From an uncultured Candidatus Rokubacteria bacterium (GTDB lineage Bacteria; Methylomirabilota; Methylomirabilia; Rokubacteriales; DASRDR01): DNA of 64,000 nucleotides. Numbering within the stretch: position 1 is the stretch's first letter; the number at the start of each line of letters is the position of its first letter. The translations under genes and the position numbers were made by a program. The stretch covers positions 64,001 through 128,000 of the forward strand of contig CAVPSB010000022.1 of the NCBI GenBank assembly GCA_963708025.1, written 5' to 3'. Shown piece by piece: positions 46,426-57,629 of this stretch. The notes below the pieces were generated by a model that did not search any database, was not told the DNA's origin, and saw only the letters and a program-made list of their open reading frames with translations.

Positions 46426-47053
46426 TCAGTGGGCGCGGGGGCTGGTGAGGCGGCGGTACGCCACCCGGGCCACCCAGACCGCGAGCGCGACGGCCACGAG
46501 CCCGCCCGCGATGGTGCTGTAGCGGACCAGGAGCTCCGTCGCCCACTCCAGGTGGCTGCCGGCCCAGAGCCCGATGCCCACGACGAACACGTTCCAGACG
46601 ACCACGGCGAAGCCGGCGAAGACGCAGACCTTCCAGGCAGGGAAAGTCGGCGAGCCCGGCCGCCGGCATGACCAGCGCCCGGATCCCGGGGAGGAAGCGG
46701 GAGACCGCGATGGCGGGGGCGCCGTAACGCGCGAACCAGCCCTCGAGCTTCCAGAGCTTCTCGGCCGGGACGTAGCGTCGCATCGGGCCGGCCAGGAGCG
46801 ACCGGCCCCAGCGGCGACAGATCCAGAAGACCGCCAGGACCCCGACCTGGGTCCCGAGCACGGCGGCCAGGAAGACCAGGGACGGCGCCACGACCCCGCG
46901 CCCGGCGAGGAAGCCGGCGTAGACGGCGATGACGTCGGTCGGCCAGGGCGGGAAGAAGCTCTCGAGAATGCAGCTCCCGAAGACGACGGCGTAGACGACG
47001 GCGGGCGGGATGCCGGGGTCGAGCAGGACGGCGGCGAGATGGTCCAGCTTCAC
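46426..47053 (-). CDS. DedA family membrane protein (frameshift at about 46645)
   Basis: LESFFPPWP.D, WF.RYG..AI.VSRFLPGIR...PAAG. The shifted frame ends RRLTSPRAH*. Confidence 0.85.
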
Positions 47054-47095
47054 GCGGCCGGGCCGGGACCCGTCAGAGACCGAGCCGCGTCGCGA

Positions 47096-47773
47096 TCACG
47101 GCCCCACGACGAGACGCTCGGGCCGGCCTTCGGCGCGCTGGACCGCGAATGGCAGCGTGAGCACCCGCGGGACGTCGCCGAGACGGTAGTGGAACTCGAA
47201 GGTGAGCCGGCTCGCCTCGCGGCGCAGCCGGGGGAAGTAGACGTAGCCCTGGAGGCGGGCCTGGGGCTGCAGCGTGCCGACCGGCAGCGCCTGGCCCAGG
47301 ACGTCGTCGAGGCGAAGCGGCGCGTAGTCCCAGTAGTAGGGCGGGCCCCACCACCACGGATACCAGAACCCCGGCCGCCGCCAGTGGAGCGACGCCGAGG
47401 TCGCCGCCGCCGCCAGCCGTGCCTCGGGGTCCCGGCCGCCCCAGCGCAGCAGCCGGCCCACGTCCCCCGGCGGGATGGCGGTGTACTGGAAGCGCTCTTC
47501 GTCGAACAGCCGGAGGTCGCCGTAGTCGTACTGGAGCGGCTGGCTGGTGCCGTTGACGATCACGACGTGGAAGGGCGTGACGTAGGCCGGCAGGTAGGAG
47601 GGGGAACCGTCCCACGCCGACGGGCGGACCAGGATCTCGACGCCGTCGGCCGCGGCGCTGGCGCCCCCTTGCGGATCGAGGGCAACCCCGGGTGCCGGGA
47701 CCGACACGACCCGCGTGGTCGCGCAGCCGGCCAGGAGCGCGGCGCCGAGCGTGAGGGCGAGGCCCAGGCGCAC
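47096..47773 (-). CDS. Hypothetical lipoprotein
   Basis: Lipobox LLAGC after GTG 47773; W/Y/P-rich segment; GYVYFP. Confidence 0.72.
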   Translation of the reverse strand: MRLGLALTLGAALLAGCATTRVVSVPAPGVALDPQGGASAAADGVEILVRPSAWDGSPSYLPAYVTPFHVVIVNGTSQPLQYDYGDLRLFDEERFQYTAIPPGDVGRLLRWGGRDPEARLAAAATSASLHWRRPGFWYPWWWGPPYYWDYAPLRLDDVLGQALPVGTLQPQARLQGYVYFPRLRREASRLTFEFHYRLGDVPRVLTLPFAVQRAEGRPERLVVGP

Positions 47774-47785
47774 GCCCCTCCGTTC

Positions 47786-47885
47786 GGGACCTCCCGCCCA
47801 CCCGACCATTCGACGGCCTTCGGCCTCTGGCCCCCCTCCCCCACGATTCGACGGCCTTCGGCCTTTGGCCGGGGGGAGGAGGGAG
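47786..47885. repeat. Palindromic intergenic repeat, family C (two modules)
   Basis: ATTCGACGGCCTTCGGCCT occurs twice (47808, 47846) within a CCCACCC..CCCCTCCCCAC..GGGGGGAGG backbone. Confidence 0.8.
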
Positions 47886-47920
47886 CCGGATCTGACTGCA
47901 TCACGTGCGCTCAGAGCCTC

Positions 47921-50612
47921 TCACCCTCCCGCGGCGGTCGCCACCCAGTCGTAGACGGAGGCCAGCGCGCCATCCAGCGCCGCCGGGTTCTTTCCTCCGG
48001 CCTGCGCCAGGTCTGGCCGGCCGCCGCCGCCGCCGTCCACGGCCTTCGCGACCTGCTGGACCAGCTTGCCGGCGTGGAAGCGCTTGCGTGAGATCCTTGG
48101 TGACGGCGCCGACGAGGCTCACCTTTCCATCCGACACGCTCCCGAGACAGACGACGCCGGAGCCCAGTCGCTCGCGCACCGAGTCCGCGACCGTGCGCAG
48201 GCCTTCCGGATCGAGCCCGTCGAGCCGCGCCACGACGACCGCCACGCCGCCCACCTGCCGGGCCCCCGCCACCAGCTCCTGGGCCCGGCCCCTCGCGAGC
48301 CGCGCCTCCAGCTCGGCCAGGCGCTTCTCCAGCGCCCGCTGCTCCTCGAGCAGCTTGCCCAGGCGCCGGGGCACCTCGAGCGGCGGGATCTTGAGGAGGT
48401 CGGCCGTCTCGCGGAGCGCCGCCTCCTCCTGCCCGACGTGGCGCAGGGCGGCCGGGCCGGTCACCGCCTCGAGCCGCCGGACGCCGGCGGCGACCGCGCC
48501 CTCGCCGACCACCTTGAAGAGCCCGATCTGCCCGGTGGCGTCGAGATGCGTCCCGCCGCAGAGCTCGGTCGAGAAGTCGCCGATCTTCACGACGCGGACG
48601 CGCTGGCCGTACTTCTCCCCGAAGAGCGCGAGCGCGCCCATCCGCAGGGCCTCGTCCTTCTCGGTCCAGAACGGGTCGACGGCGATGTTGTCCTGGACCT
48701 TCTCGTTGACCAGCGTCTCGACGTGCTCCAGGTCGCGGTCCTTGACCGGGGCGCCGTGCGTGAAGTCGAAGCGCAGCCGCTCGGGCGCCACCAGCGAGCC
48801 CGCCTGGGTGACGTGCGTGCCCAGGACGCGCCGGAGCGCGGCGTGGAGCAGGTGCGTCCCGGTGTGGTGGAGACGCAGTCCCTGCCGGCGCGGCGACTCC
48901 ACGGCCACCGCCACCTCTTCCCCCTCGCGGAAGCCGCCCTCGGTGACGCGCAGCCGGTGGACGATCAGCCCCGGCACCGCGTACTGGGTGTCGGCGATCT
49001 CCCCCCGTCCCTGCCGGCCGGTGAGCTGACCGGCGTCGCCGATCTGGCCACCCGACTCCGCGTAGAACGGCGTCCGGTCGAGGATCACCTCGACCTCGTC
49101 GCCGGCCACCGCCTCTCGGCGCCGGCGGCCGCCGGCCACCATGGCCAGGATGCGGGCCGGCGCCGTCAGGGCCTCGTAGCCCAGGAACTCGACCGCCGGC
49201 AGCTCGGTGGCCAACGCCTGGTAGACTTTCTGGGTCTCCTCGTCGGCAGCGGCCCCGAACGTCGCCGCGGCGCGAGCCCGCTCGCGCTGCGCCGCCATCG
49301 CCCTCTCGTACCCCGCCCGCGTCGCTTCGCTGACGACCGCCCCCGGCTGCACCTTGAGGATGTCCTCGGCCTGGTCGGGCGGCAGGCCGTACGTGTCGTG
49401 GAGCGTGAACAGCGCGTCGCCGGACACGACGCGAACCGAGCCCTCGACGGAGTACAGCTTCCCCTGCTTTTCCAGCTCGGCGATCTTCTCGGGGGCCCGG
49501 TCCAGGACCTCGGCGAAGCGCTCCTCCTCCAGCTTGACGATCTCGGCGACCCGCGACCGCTGCTCGATCAGCTCGGGGTAGACACCGCCCATCTGCTCCG
49601 CCACCGTCCCGGTGACCTGCCAGAGGAACGGCTCCGTCAACCCCAGGTGCCGGCCATAGCTCATCGCCCGCCGCATGATCCGGCGGAGGACGTAGCCCCG
49701 CCACTCGTTGGACGGCAGCACGCCGTCGGAGATCAGGAAGGCCGCCGCCCGGGCGTGGTCGGCGATCACCCGCATGGCGATGTCGCTCTTCTCCCCCTTG
49801 CCGTAGGGCCGCTGGCTCAGGCGCTCGACGTGGGCGAGCAGCGGACGGATCAGGTCGGTCAGGTAGCTCGACTCCACGCCCTGCACGACCGCGGTGATCC
49901 GCTCGAGCCCCATCCCGGTGTCGATCGAGGGCTTGGGAAGCGGGGTCAGGCGGCCCGAGGCGTCCCGGTCGAACTGCATGAAGACCAGGTTCCAGATCTC
50001 GAGCCAGCGGTCGCACTCGCAGGCCGGGCCCTGGCACGAGCGGCCGGCGGCCACTTCCGCGCACGGCAGGTGGTCGCCCTGGTGGTAGTGGAGCTCGGAG
50101 CACGGGCCGCAGGGCCCGGTCTCCCCCATCGCCCAGAAGTTGTCCTTCTCGCCCAGCCGCAGGATCTTCGCCGCCGGCAGCCCGGCCACCGACTGCCAGA
50201 GCCCGAAGGCCTCGTCGTCGTCGGTGTAGACGGTCGCCATGAGTCGGGCCGGCGCGAGGCCCAGGTCCTTCGTCACGAGCTCCCAGGCATAGGCGATCGC
50301 CTCCGCCTTGAAGTAGTCGCCGAAGGAGAAGTTCCCCAGCATCTCGAAGAACGTGTGGTGCCGGGCGGTGTAGCCGACGTTCTCGAGGTCGTTGTGCTTG
50401 CCGCCCGCCCGCACGCACTTCTGGCAGGTGGTGGCCCGCACGTACTCCCGCCGCTCCTCGCCGAGGAACACCGACTTGAACTGGACCATGCCCGCGTTGG
50501 TGAAGAGCAGGGTCGGGTCCTGAGCCGGGACCAGGGGCGAGGAGGGCACGATCGTGTGCCCGTTTCGCTCGAAGTACCGGAGAAAGCGCTCCCGCAGCTC
50601 GTGGCCGGTCAT
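47921..50612 (-). CDS. alaS: Alanine--tRNA ligase (frameshift at about 48085 in the C-Ala domain)
   Basis: [73 protein letters not shown] appears in the shifted frame. Confidence 0.96.
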
Positions 50613-50657
50613 AGGCTTTCATCCTACCAGATGCGGGATTCCCTCGCAGCCGGGCGG

Positions 50658-52016
50658 TCAGTCGCGGCGTGGTGCCCGTGAAGCGGAACGGCGGCGAGGT
50701 GCAGGGTCGGGATCGCGGATCGAGCCGGCGTCGAAGTCCCAGAGGTCGAGCTTCTGGAGCTTGAGGCGGTCCTCCATCGCGACGACGCCGCCGAGCGCCT
50801 CGTGGTAGGACTGCGTGAAGCGGAAGTTCCGCAGCGGGTAGGCGATCTCGCCGCGCTCGACCCAGAAGGTGCCGTCGCGGGTCATGCCCGTCACGATGGT
50901 CTTGAGCGGGTGGACCCAGCGCGTGTACCAGAAGCGCGTGACGAGGATCCCCCGCTCGACCCCGGCCAGGAGGGCCTCCCGGGTCCGCGACCCCGGCTCG
51001 AGGCGGAGATGCATCGGGAGCGGGACGGCGGTCGTCGTCGGCAGCGCGTGCCCGGTGTTGCCGGCGCCGTTCCGCGCCGCGGTCTGGGAGTCGTAGACGA
51101 TGGCCCGGGCGACCCCGCGCTCGATCAGGGAGAGCCGCGCGGACGGCACCCCTTCGAAATCGAAGGACCGGGGGAGCCCGTCGGGATCGAGAGGATCCTC
51201 GACGAGCGTGACGGCCTCGCCGGTGACCGGCGTGCCCAGCCGGCCGCCGACGAAGGAGCGCCCCTCCTCGACCGCGAGGCCGGTGAGCTGGGAGCCCAGG
51301 AACTCGACGATGTCGCTCACCGCGTAGGGCTCGAGGACGACCGGGTAGGTCCCGGCCGGCAGGTCGCGCGGGTTCTGGGCCCGCCGCGCCGTCTGGACCG
51401 CCTCGCGGGCGACCGCCTCGACGTCGACGCGCGTGAAGTCGGCGTGGACCCGGTCCGCGTACCCCGAGCCCGCGCTCCCCATCGCGACCGCCTGGGCCTC
51501 GGCGACGGTGCCCGCGTGGTACGCCCACGTCCCGCGCGAGCTGGCGACCGCGACCTCGTTGACCGCCGTGGAGACGTAGCCGGCGGCCCGCAAGCCGGCC
51601 CCCGCCGCCGCGCCGCAGATCACCCCCACCGCCCGGGCGCGGCTCTCCGGCGACGCCGCCGCCGTCGGCTCGGCGAAGCCGCCCGCCTCCGGGGCGCGGC
51701 CGGCCGCCGGCAGCCCCGCCCATTGCGGGTTCTCGGGCGCGACCCGCGCCAGCTCGCTGGCGCGCCCCGCGGCCTCCACGATCCCGTCGGCGTCGAGGCG
51801 GTTCGTCCAGACCGCGGCCACCCGCTTGCCGGCGACCACGCGGATCCGGAGGGTGGCGCTCGCCTCCGCCACGTTCTGGTGGATCGCGTTGTTGGCGAAG
51901 CGGGTCAGGGCCAGCGTCCGGCCCAGCACCAGCGCCTCGACCTCGTCGCCTCGCGCGGCCCGGAGGGCCCGCTCCGCCGCCTCGCGCAGCACCCGCTCGC
52001 CGAAGGCGCCCGTCAC
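50658..52016 (-). CDS. TldD/PmbA family protein (TldE/PmbA-like subunit)
   Basis: LTRFANNAIHQNV, G.YPVVLEP.AV, FDFEGVP, NTGHA, RGILVTRFWYTR, TGMTRDGTF..E.GEI; no HExxH. Confidence 0.88.
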   Translation of the reverse strand: MTGAFGERVLREAAERALRAARGDEVEALVLGRTLALTRFANNAIHQNVAEASATLRIRVVAGKRVAAVWTNRLDADGIVEAAGRASELARVAPENPQWAGLPAAGRAPEAGGFAEPTAAASPESRARAVGVICGAAAGAGLRAAGYVSTAVNEVAVASSRGTWAYHAGTVAEAQAVAMGSAGSGYADRVHADFTRVDVEAVAREAVQTARRAQNPRDLPAGTYPVVLEPYAVSDIVEFLGSQLTGLAVEEGRSFVGGRLGTPVTGEAVTLVEDPLDPDGLPRSFDFEGVPSARLSLIERGVARAIVYDSQTAARNGAGNTGHALPTTTAVPLPMHLRLEPGSRTREALLAGVERGILVTRFWYTRWVHPLKTIVTGMTRDGTFWVERGEIAYPLRNFRFTQSYHEALGGVVAMEDRLKLQKLDLWDFDAGSIRDPDPAPRRRSASRAPRRD

Positions 52017-52204
52017 CGCATCACTCCGACCCGCACTGTCCAAGCAGGGGGGGAGTGCCAACCGTCCGATCGCCGGGACGCCTCGTGCCTGCGGCACTCG
52101 GAACGTCCCGCCCTTCCGGTGGTCCCCCCCTGGACCCCCCCACCTGGCCTGGTCAACCCGCGAGGCGATCCGGTCCGGGGTGGTCCAGCGGAACCCGCGA
52201 TCAT
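52013..52204 (-). CDS. Possible repeat-derived small ORF (63 aa) between tldD and tldE
   Basis: ATGA overlap with the tldD stop and GTGA overlap with the tldE start; contains repeat family D. Confidence 0.35.
   Translation of the reverse strand: MIAGSAGPPRTGSPRGLTRPGGGVQGGTTGRAGRSECRRHEASRRSDGWHSPPAWTVRVGVMR
52037..52147. repeat. Repeat family D (copy 2, with an internal insert)
   Basis: Its ends match the reverse complement of 31431-31482. Confidence 0.7.
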
Positions 52205-53675
52205 CGGACGACGCCGACCCGCACGTTCCGGAAGCGGGCGGGCGCCGCCCCGTGGCCCGTGTGGGCCGACTGGCCGGGCTGGCCCTTGCCGCAGTTCGGC
52301 GTCCCCCACATCACCCAGTCGGCCGGCCCGCCGACGGCGTCGCAGGACCCCCAGAACTCCGGCGTGATCCCGGTATAGGTCGGGTTGCGGAGCATGGCGC
52401 CGAGCTTGCCCTTCCGGATCTCCCACGCGATCTCGGTGCCGAACTGGAAGTTGAGCCGCCGGTCGTCGATCGACCACGAGCGGTTGGTGTCCATCAGGAT
52501 GCCGTCGTCCGTGTCGGCGATCAGGTCCTCGAGCCGCCAGGTCCCGGGCATGAGCGAGACGTTGGTCATCCGGATCAGCGGGAGCTTCGCCCAGCCGTCG
52601 GCCCGCATGGTGCCGTTCGAGGGCCGCCCGAGGGCGACCGCGGTCTCGCGGCTCATCAGGTAGCCGACGAACAGGCCCTCGCGCACGGCCCATCCCGTCG
52701 TGGCCGGGACCCCCTCGTCGTCGAAGCCGAAGGTCCCGAGCCCGCCGGGCAGCACCGAGTCGATCTGGATGTTGACGTGCTCGCTGCCGTAGCGGAAGCC
52801 GCCGAGCCGGTCGAGCGTCAGGAACGACGTGCCGGCGAAGGCCGCCTCGGATCCCCAGCACGCGGTCCAGCTCGATCGGATGGCCGCAGGACTCGTGGAC
52901 CTGGAGGGCCACCTGGTTGCCGGAGAGGATGATGGTGGTGCGGAGGTCCTGGGGGCACGGCTTCGCCGAGAGGAGCGCCACCGCCTCCTCCGCGATCCGC
53001 GGGGCGTGGCCGACCAGGTCCTGCTTCACCACGAACTCCCAGCCGCCGGTGTTCTGGTGGCGGCCGCCGGAGTTCGGGTAGGAGCGGCGCTGCATCTCGC
53101 CGTCCCCCACCGCCTCGGCCTCGATGCCGCACCCGGTCTCGTAGAGGGTCTGCTCGACGTCCGCGCCCTCGCTCGAGCGGAACAGCTTCCGCTCGCGCCA
53201 GATCTCGGCCGAGGCGCGGGTGGTCCGGAGGCCCTTGACCGCCCGCATGGCCGCCTCGGCGCGGAGCAGCAGGTCGACGCGCTCGCCGAAGGGCACCGTG
53301 AACGGGTCGATCTCGATCGGCGTCCGGTAGCTCCCCCGCTGCGGGGTCACCGGGGCCAGCCGGACGTCGGCCTGCTTGACGAGGGCGGCGGCCCGGGCGA
53401 GGGCCACGGCCTGGGCGGCGACGCGGTCCGCCTCGGCGGCGCTCAGGACCTGCGAGGCGGCGAACCCCCAGGCGCCGTCGGCGATCGCGCGCACGCCGAA
53501 GCCCGCCGAGTCCGACCGGGTGACCGCGTCGAGGTGGCCGTTCCGGACCAGGAAGTCCTCGGTCTCGCGCTGGACGAACCGCGCGTCGGCGTAGCTCGCC
53601 CCGCGGACCGCCGCCGTGTCGAGGGCGCGGGCGAGCCAGGTCGCGGCTCGGGGGTCAGGGAGCGGCGTCCAGCAC
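52201..53675 (-). CDS. tldD: TldD metalloprotease (frameshifted; start approximate)
   Basis: GASYADAR, GFGVR....GAWGFA, QVHESCGHPIELDR, FDDEGV, IRMTNVSL, SWSIDDRRLNFQFG, PNCGKGQP. Confidence 0.9.
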
Positions 53676-54233
53676 GCCGGGGACCGGGTCGATGGCGAAG
53701 CGCGCCGTGGACGCCCGAGGGCGCGGCCAGGACCACCGGCCGTCCTCGAAGCGCTTCCACCACGAGCGCCGTCCCCTCGACAAGGCGCTCGTTGCGGTAG
53801 TGGACGGCCGCCCGTCGTAGATCGCTCAGCCGCGGTGGTGGCCGTCGGCCCAGAACTCCGCGTTCGGCCAGTCGGCCCAGATGGCTCCAGGTCGTCCACG
53901 TCGCCGTGCGGCCGGCCGTGCCGGTAGTGCGCCGCGCGTGTCGAGCCGGCCGTTGCCAGTGGAGCGTGCGGAATGGACCGTGTCGCACCTCGCCGCCGTC
54001 GGGCCGCGTCGTAGGCGGAGTAGACGGTGCCTCGCTGGTACGGGATGCGGCAGCCCCAGGCCGTAGGTGTGCCACGTCCGCGACGTGATGGACGATCTCG
54101 CGGACGCTCCACTCGTCGGGCCCCGGCCGCCAGTCGAGCTCCTCGGGGGTGATCCCCCGCAGCAGCGTCGGCGACCTCGGCGTAGCCGGCCTTGAAGCGG
54201 GCGATCAGGCTCGCCCGTCCGATCAGCGGTCAT
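53655..54233 (-). CDS. DinB-family protein, paralog 2 (heavily frameshifted or degenerate)
   Basis: LIARFKAGYAEV...GITPEELDWRPGPDEWSVREIVHHVAD parallels the adjacent DinB gene; downstream frames are broken. Confidence 0.6.
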
Positions 54234-54248
54234 GCGCGCCTCTCCCCG

Positions 54249-54735
54249 TCAGGCCCGGCGGCGGGCCCAGGCCTCGCGGTTCTTGCGGATCTGGTCGGCG
54301 TGACCGTGGGCGTGGGCGGCGTAGACCTCGAGCCAGCGCTCGACGGAGTAGGGCCCCGACTCGCTGTGGATGCCGGCTCGCTGCCAGTCCGCCTCGGTCA
54401 TCGCGTCGAGGAGCTGCGCGGTCGTCGCCCGCGCCGCCTCGAAGGCCTGGAGCGCCGGCTCCATGGGGCGGCTCTGGTAGTCGAGGGCGCGGGCGTATCC
54501 GTCCTGGTCGTAGCCCTGGATGACGGGCTTGTCCTCGATCAGCAGCCGGCGGAGGCGAATGCCGGAGATCGTCTCGCTGTCGGCGAGGTGGTGGACCACC
54601 TCGCGGGCGCTCCACTCGCCGGGGGCCGGGCGCCAGTCCCGCTCCTCGGGCTGGATCCCGCGGAGCGCGGCCACCACCTCGGCGTACCCGGCCTTGTACC
54701 GCGCGATGTGCGCGCTTCCGCTCCTCGGTCGTCAT
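54249..54735 (-). CDS. DinB/YfiT-family protein (5' frameshift)
   Basis: MTTEERK..RYKAGYAEV, GEWSAREVVHHLADSE, GYDQD, G.HSE.G, H..GH..QI. Confidence 0.85.
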
Positions 54736-54858
54736 ACGCTCTCCTCCATTGATCGGATCCGCCAAATCCCGTTGACGGGATCGCCGGCGGCTCGTGCCCG
54801 GGGCCCCGCACTCCGGTCCTCCGGCGGGCACCGCTCGCGCGAGGCGGCCGCACAGTCC

Positions 54859-55380
54859 TCAGTCGTCGGGGACGGCGATGCCGCAGGTTTCCCGCACGAC
54901 CCGGCGGACGACGTCGCCCGGGAAGCCGCGCCGGAGCAGGTAGGCGCCGAGGCGGCGCGCCGCCTGGTCGGGCGCCGTCCGGCGCAGGGCCGGCAGCCGC
55001 CGCGCGGCCGCGGCCCGCGCCCCCGCCACCTCGTCGGTCTCGGCGAAGGCGCCGCGCACGGCGGCCTCGACCAGCGGTCGGGCCACGCCCTTGCGCGCGT
55101 CAGCTCGTGGGCCAGCCGCCGGCTCCCGAAGCCCCGCCCGCGGGCCCGGGATTCCGCCCAGGCGGCGGCGAAGGCCCGATCGTCCACGTAGCCGCGCGCC
55201 TCGAGGTCGGCCACCACCGCCTGCGGCGGTCTCGGCCGGCGCGCCGCGCCGCCGGAGGCGCGCCTGCAGCTCGCGGCGGGTCCAGGCCTTCCGGCTCAGG
55301 AGCTCGAGCGCGACGGCCCGCGCCCGCCGAGCGTCGAGGACTCGCTCCGCCCCGGCTCGCGCGGTCCCGAGCCGGGCCAC
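54859..55380 (-). CDS. recX: Regulatory protein RecX (frameshifted)
   Basis: AL.LLSRK.W...EL..RL, L...GYVDD.AFA, G..RL..EL..KGV, YLLRRGF; directly downstream of recA. Confidence 0.85.
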   Translation of the reverse strand: MARLGTARAGAERVLDARRARAVALELLSRKAWTRRELQARLRRRGAPAETAAGGGGRPRGARLRGRSGLRRRLGGIPGPRAGLREPAAGPRADARKGVARPLVEAAVRGAFAETDEVAGARAAAARRLPALRRTAPDQAARRLGAYLLRRGFPGDVVRRVVRETCGIAVPDD

Positions 55381-55383
55381 GGG

Positions 55384-57532
55384 TCAGGCGCCCCCGGGAG
55401 GACTTGAGCCCGAGCGCCGAGCGGACGGCCGTCTCGATCTCGGCGGCGGTCTTCGGGTTCTCCTTCAGGTACTTCCGCGCGTTGTCCCGGCCCTGGCCGA
55501 TCCGCTGGTCGCGGTAGGAGAACCAGGTGCCGCTCTTCTCGACGATGCCCTGCTCGACCCCCATGTCGATGATGTTCCCCTCGCGGGAGATGCCCTCGCC
55601 GTACATCACGTCGAACTCGGCCTCGCGGAAGGGCGGGGCCAGCTTGTTCTTCACGACCTTGACCTTCGTCCGGACGCCGATCGACTCGGTCCCCTGCTTC
55701 AGCGCGTCCATCCGGCGGATGTCCAGGCGGACCGAGGCGTAGAACTTGAGCGCGCGGCCGCCGGGGGTGGTCTCGGGCGAGTTGTGCACGACCACGCCGT
55801 CCACCGAGATACGTGTGGTGGCCCTCGATCTCGAGATCGAAGCGGTGGGTGGCCGGGAGCGGAGGCTTCACGTATCGCTTCCGGATCCGGGCGGGCACCG
55901 CCGGAGAGTCGCCGACGATCGGCGAGGTCCAGCGTCTCGGCGCGCACCGGGTGCCAGGCGAAGAGGCCGCGCTGGCTCGGGTGCAGCTTGTAGTCCATCG
56001 CGGGATGGAGATACGGGGCGATCAGCGCGTGGAGGCGGGCGGTCTGCTCCGAGTCGAACCAGAACCCTCGGCCGTCGTCGCGCGGCCGGCCGACGCCGAG
56101 CCGCTCGAGCGCCGCCATCACGCGCTCTCGCGCACTCGCGCGCCAGCGACGTGTTGTACAGGACCGCCTTCCCCTTGCCCCAGCGGGCGTACGAGCCCGC
56201 GAAGGAGCCGTCGTCGCCGTACCAGACCGCGAGCCCGCGGGCGTCCAGGCGATCGAGCGCGCCCGCTTCGGCGGTGCGGCCGCCATCGAGTCGTAGAGCT
56301 CCCGCCGGATGTCCGCCAGAGCCGGCATCGCAAGCGTGTCGAAGCCCCGGCCCCGGCCGGTCGGGCGGATCGGTCCCGCGAAGGGCTCGAGCATCGCGTG
56401 CTTCCACTCCAGATAGGCCTTCTGGCGGGCGCCGTGACCAACCCGGAAGTGCGCGGCATGCGCACCGGTCATGCGGATCGAGCCATCCCCCAGTGCCCCC
56501 GCCCAGCACGACCTGGAGCTGGTCGTCGGTGAGCGTGTAGTCCTCGACGCTGGCCAGCACCTCGTCGCCGACGGTCGAGCTGACCGGCCCGCCGGGGACC
56601 GTGCGGCGTGAAGATGACGTGGTTCTCGGTGTCAGGCGAAGTGGCGCCGGCCGGATGGACCGCCTTCCACCTCGAATTGCACGAAGTGATCGGCCCGGCC
56701 GTTGTCGAACCAGTTCACGACGCGACGTGGCTCGATCCGACCGGTCGTCGGGTCGTAGGAGAGGACCTCCACCGGCAGCCGCTGGTTGACGATCTTGCCG
56801 ATCTTCTCGCTCCGCCCGTCCGCCAACGTCACACGGTGTCGAGTAATGCATGCACCCGAACATCACGCCGATCTTCTCGCGGATCTGGTTGATGAAGAGA
56901 ACCGCGGTGCCGGAGCGCGAGATGGCGGCGGTGAGCTTGCGGAGCGCCTGCGACATGAGCCGGGCCTGGAGCCCGGGGAGGGAGTCGCCCATCTCCCCTT
57001 CCAGCTCGGCCTTCGGCACCAGCGCCGCCACCGAGTCGATCACGATGATGTCGATGGCGCCGGAGCGGACCAGGTGCTCGGCGATCTCCAGGGCCTGCTC
57101 CCCGGTGTCGGGCTGCGAGATGAGCAGCTCGTCGACGTTGACCCCGAGCGCCTTCGCGTACTGGGCGTCGAGCGCGTGCTCGGCGTCGATGAAGGCCGCG
57201 TAGCCGCCCGTGCGCTGGGCCTCCGCGATGACGTGGAGGGCGAGCGTCGTCTTGCCGGAGGACTCCGGGCCGTAGACCTCGGTGACGCGACCGCGCGGGA
57301 TGCCCCCCACGCCGAGGGCGACGTCGAGGGCGAGGGCGCCGGTGGGGATGATCGCGATCTCCTCCATGGCGCCGGACGAGCCGAGCTTCATGATGGCGCC
57401 CTTGCCGAACTGCCGCTCGATCTGGCTCAGCGCCAGGTCCAGAGCCTGGCGGCGGTCCCGGTCGGCCTTGGACTCGGCCTTGGAGTCGACCTTGGAGTCG
57501 GCCTTGGAGTCGCCCTTCGCCTCCGCCATCAC
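55384..57532 (-). CDS. recA: Recombinase RecA interrupted by an intein
   Basis: [54 protein letters not shown] | intein | [29 protein letters not shown]. Confidence 0.96.
55781..56854 (-). mobile_element. Intein with LAGLIDADG-type homing endonuclease at the RecA-b site
   Basis: C1 CMHYST(R)VTLADG; endonuclease blocks LGG..GDG and [10 protein letters not shown]; block [20 protein letters not shown] followed by Ser+1. Confidence 0.92.
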
Positions 57533-57600
57533 ATCCCTCCGTCCTTCTCCCGCCGTGCCGTCACGGCAGGCTGTGCGTTGTCGCGTCGCAAGTCGCCGCC

Positions 57601-57629
57601 ATTCTACGGATTCCCCGGTGACAAGTCAA
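57601..57629 (-). promoter_or_regulatory. Putative recA sigma70 promoter
   Basis: TTGACT-17 nt-TAGAAT on the minus strand. Confidence 0.65.
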
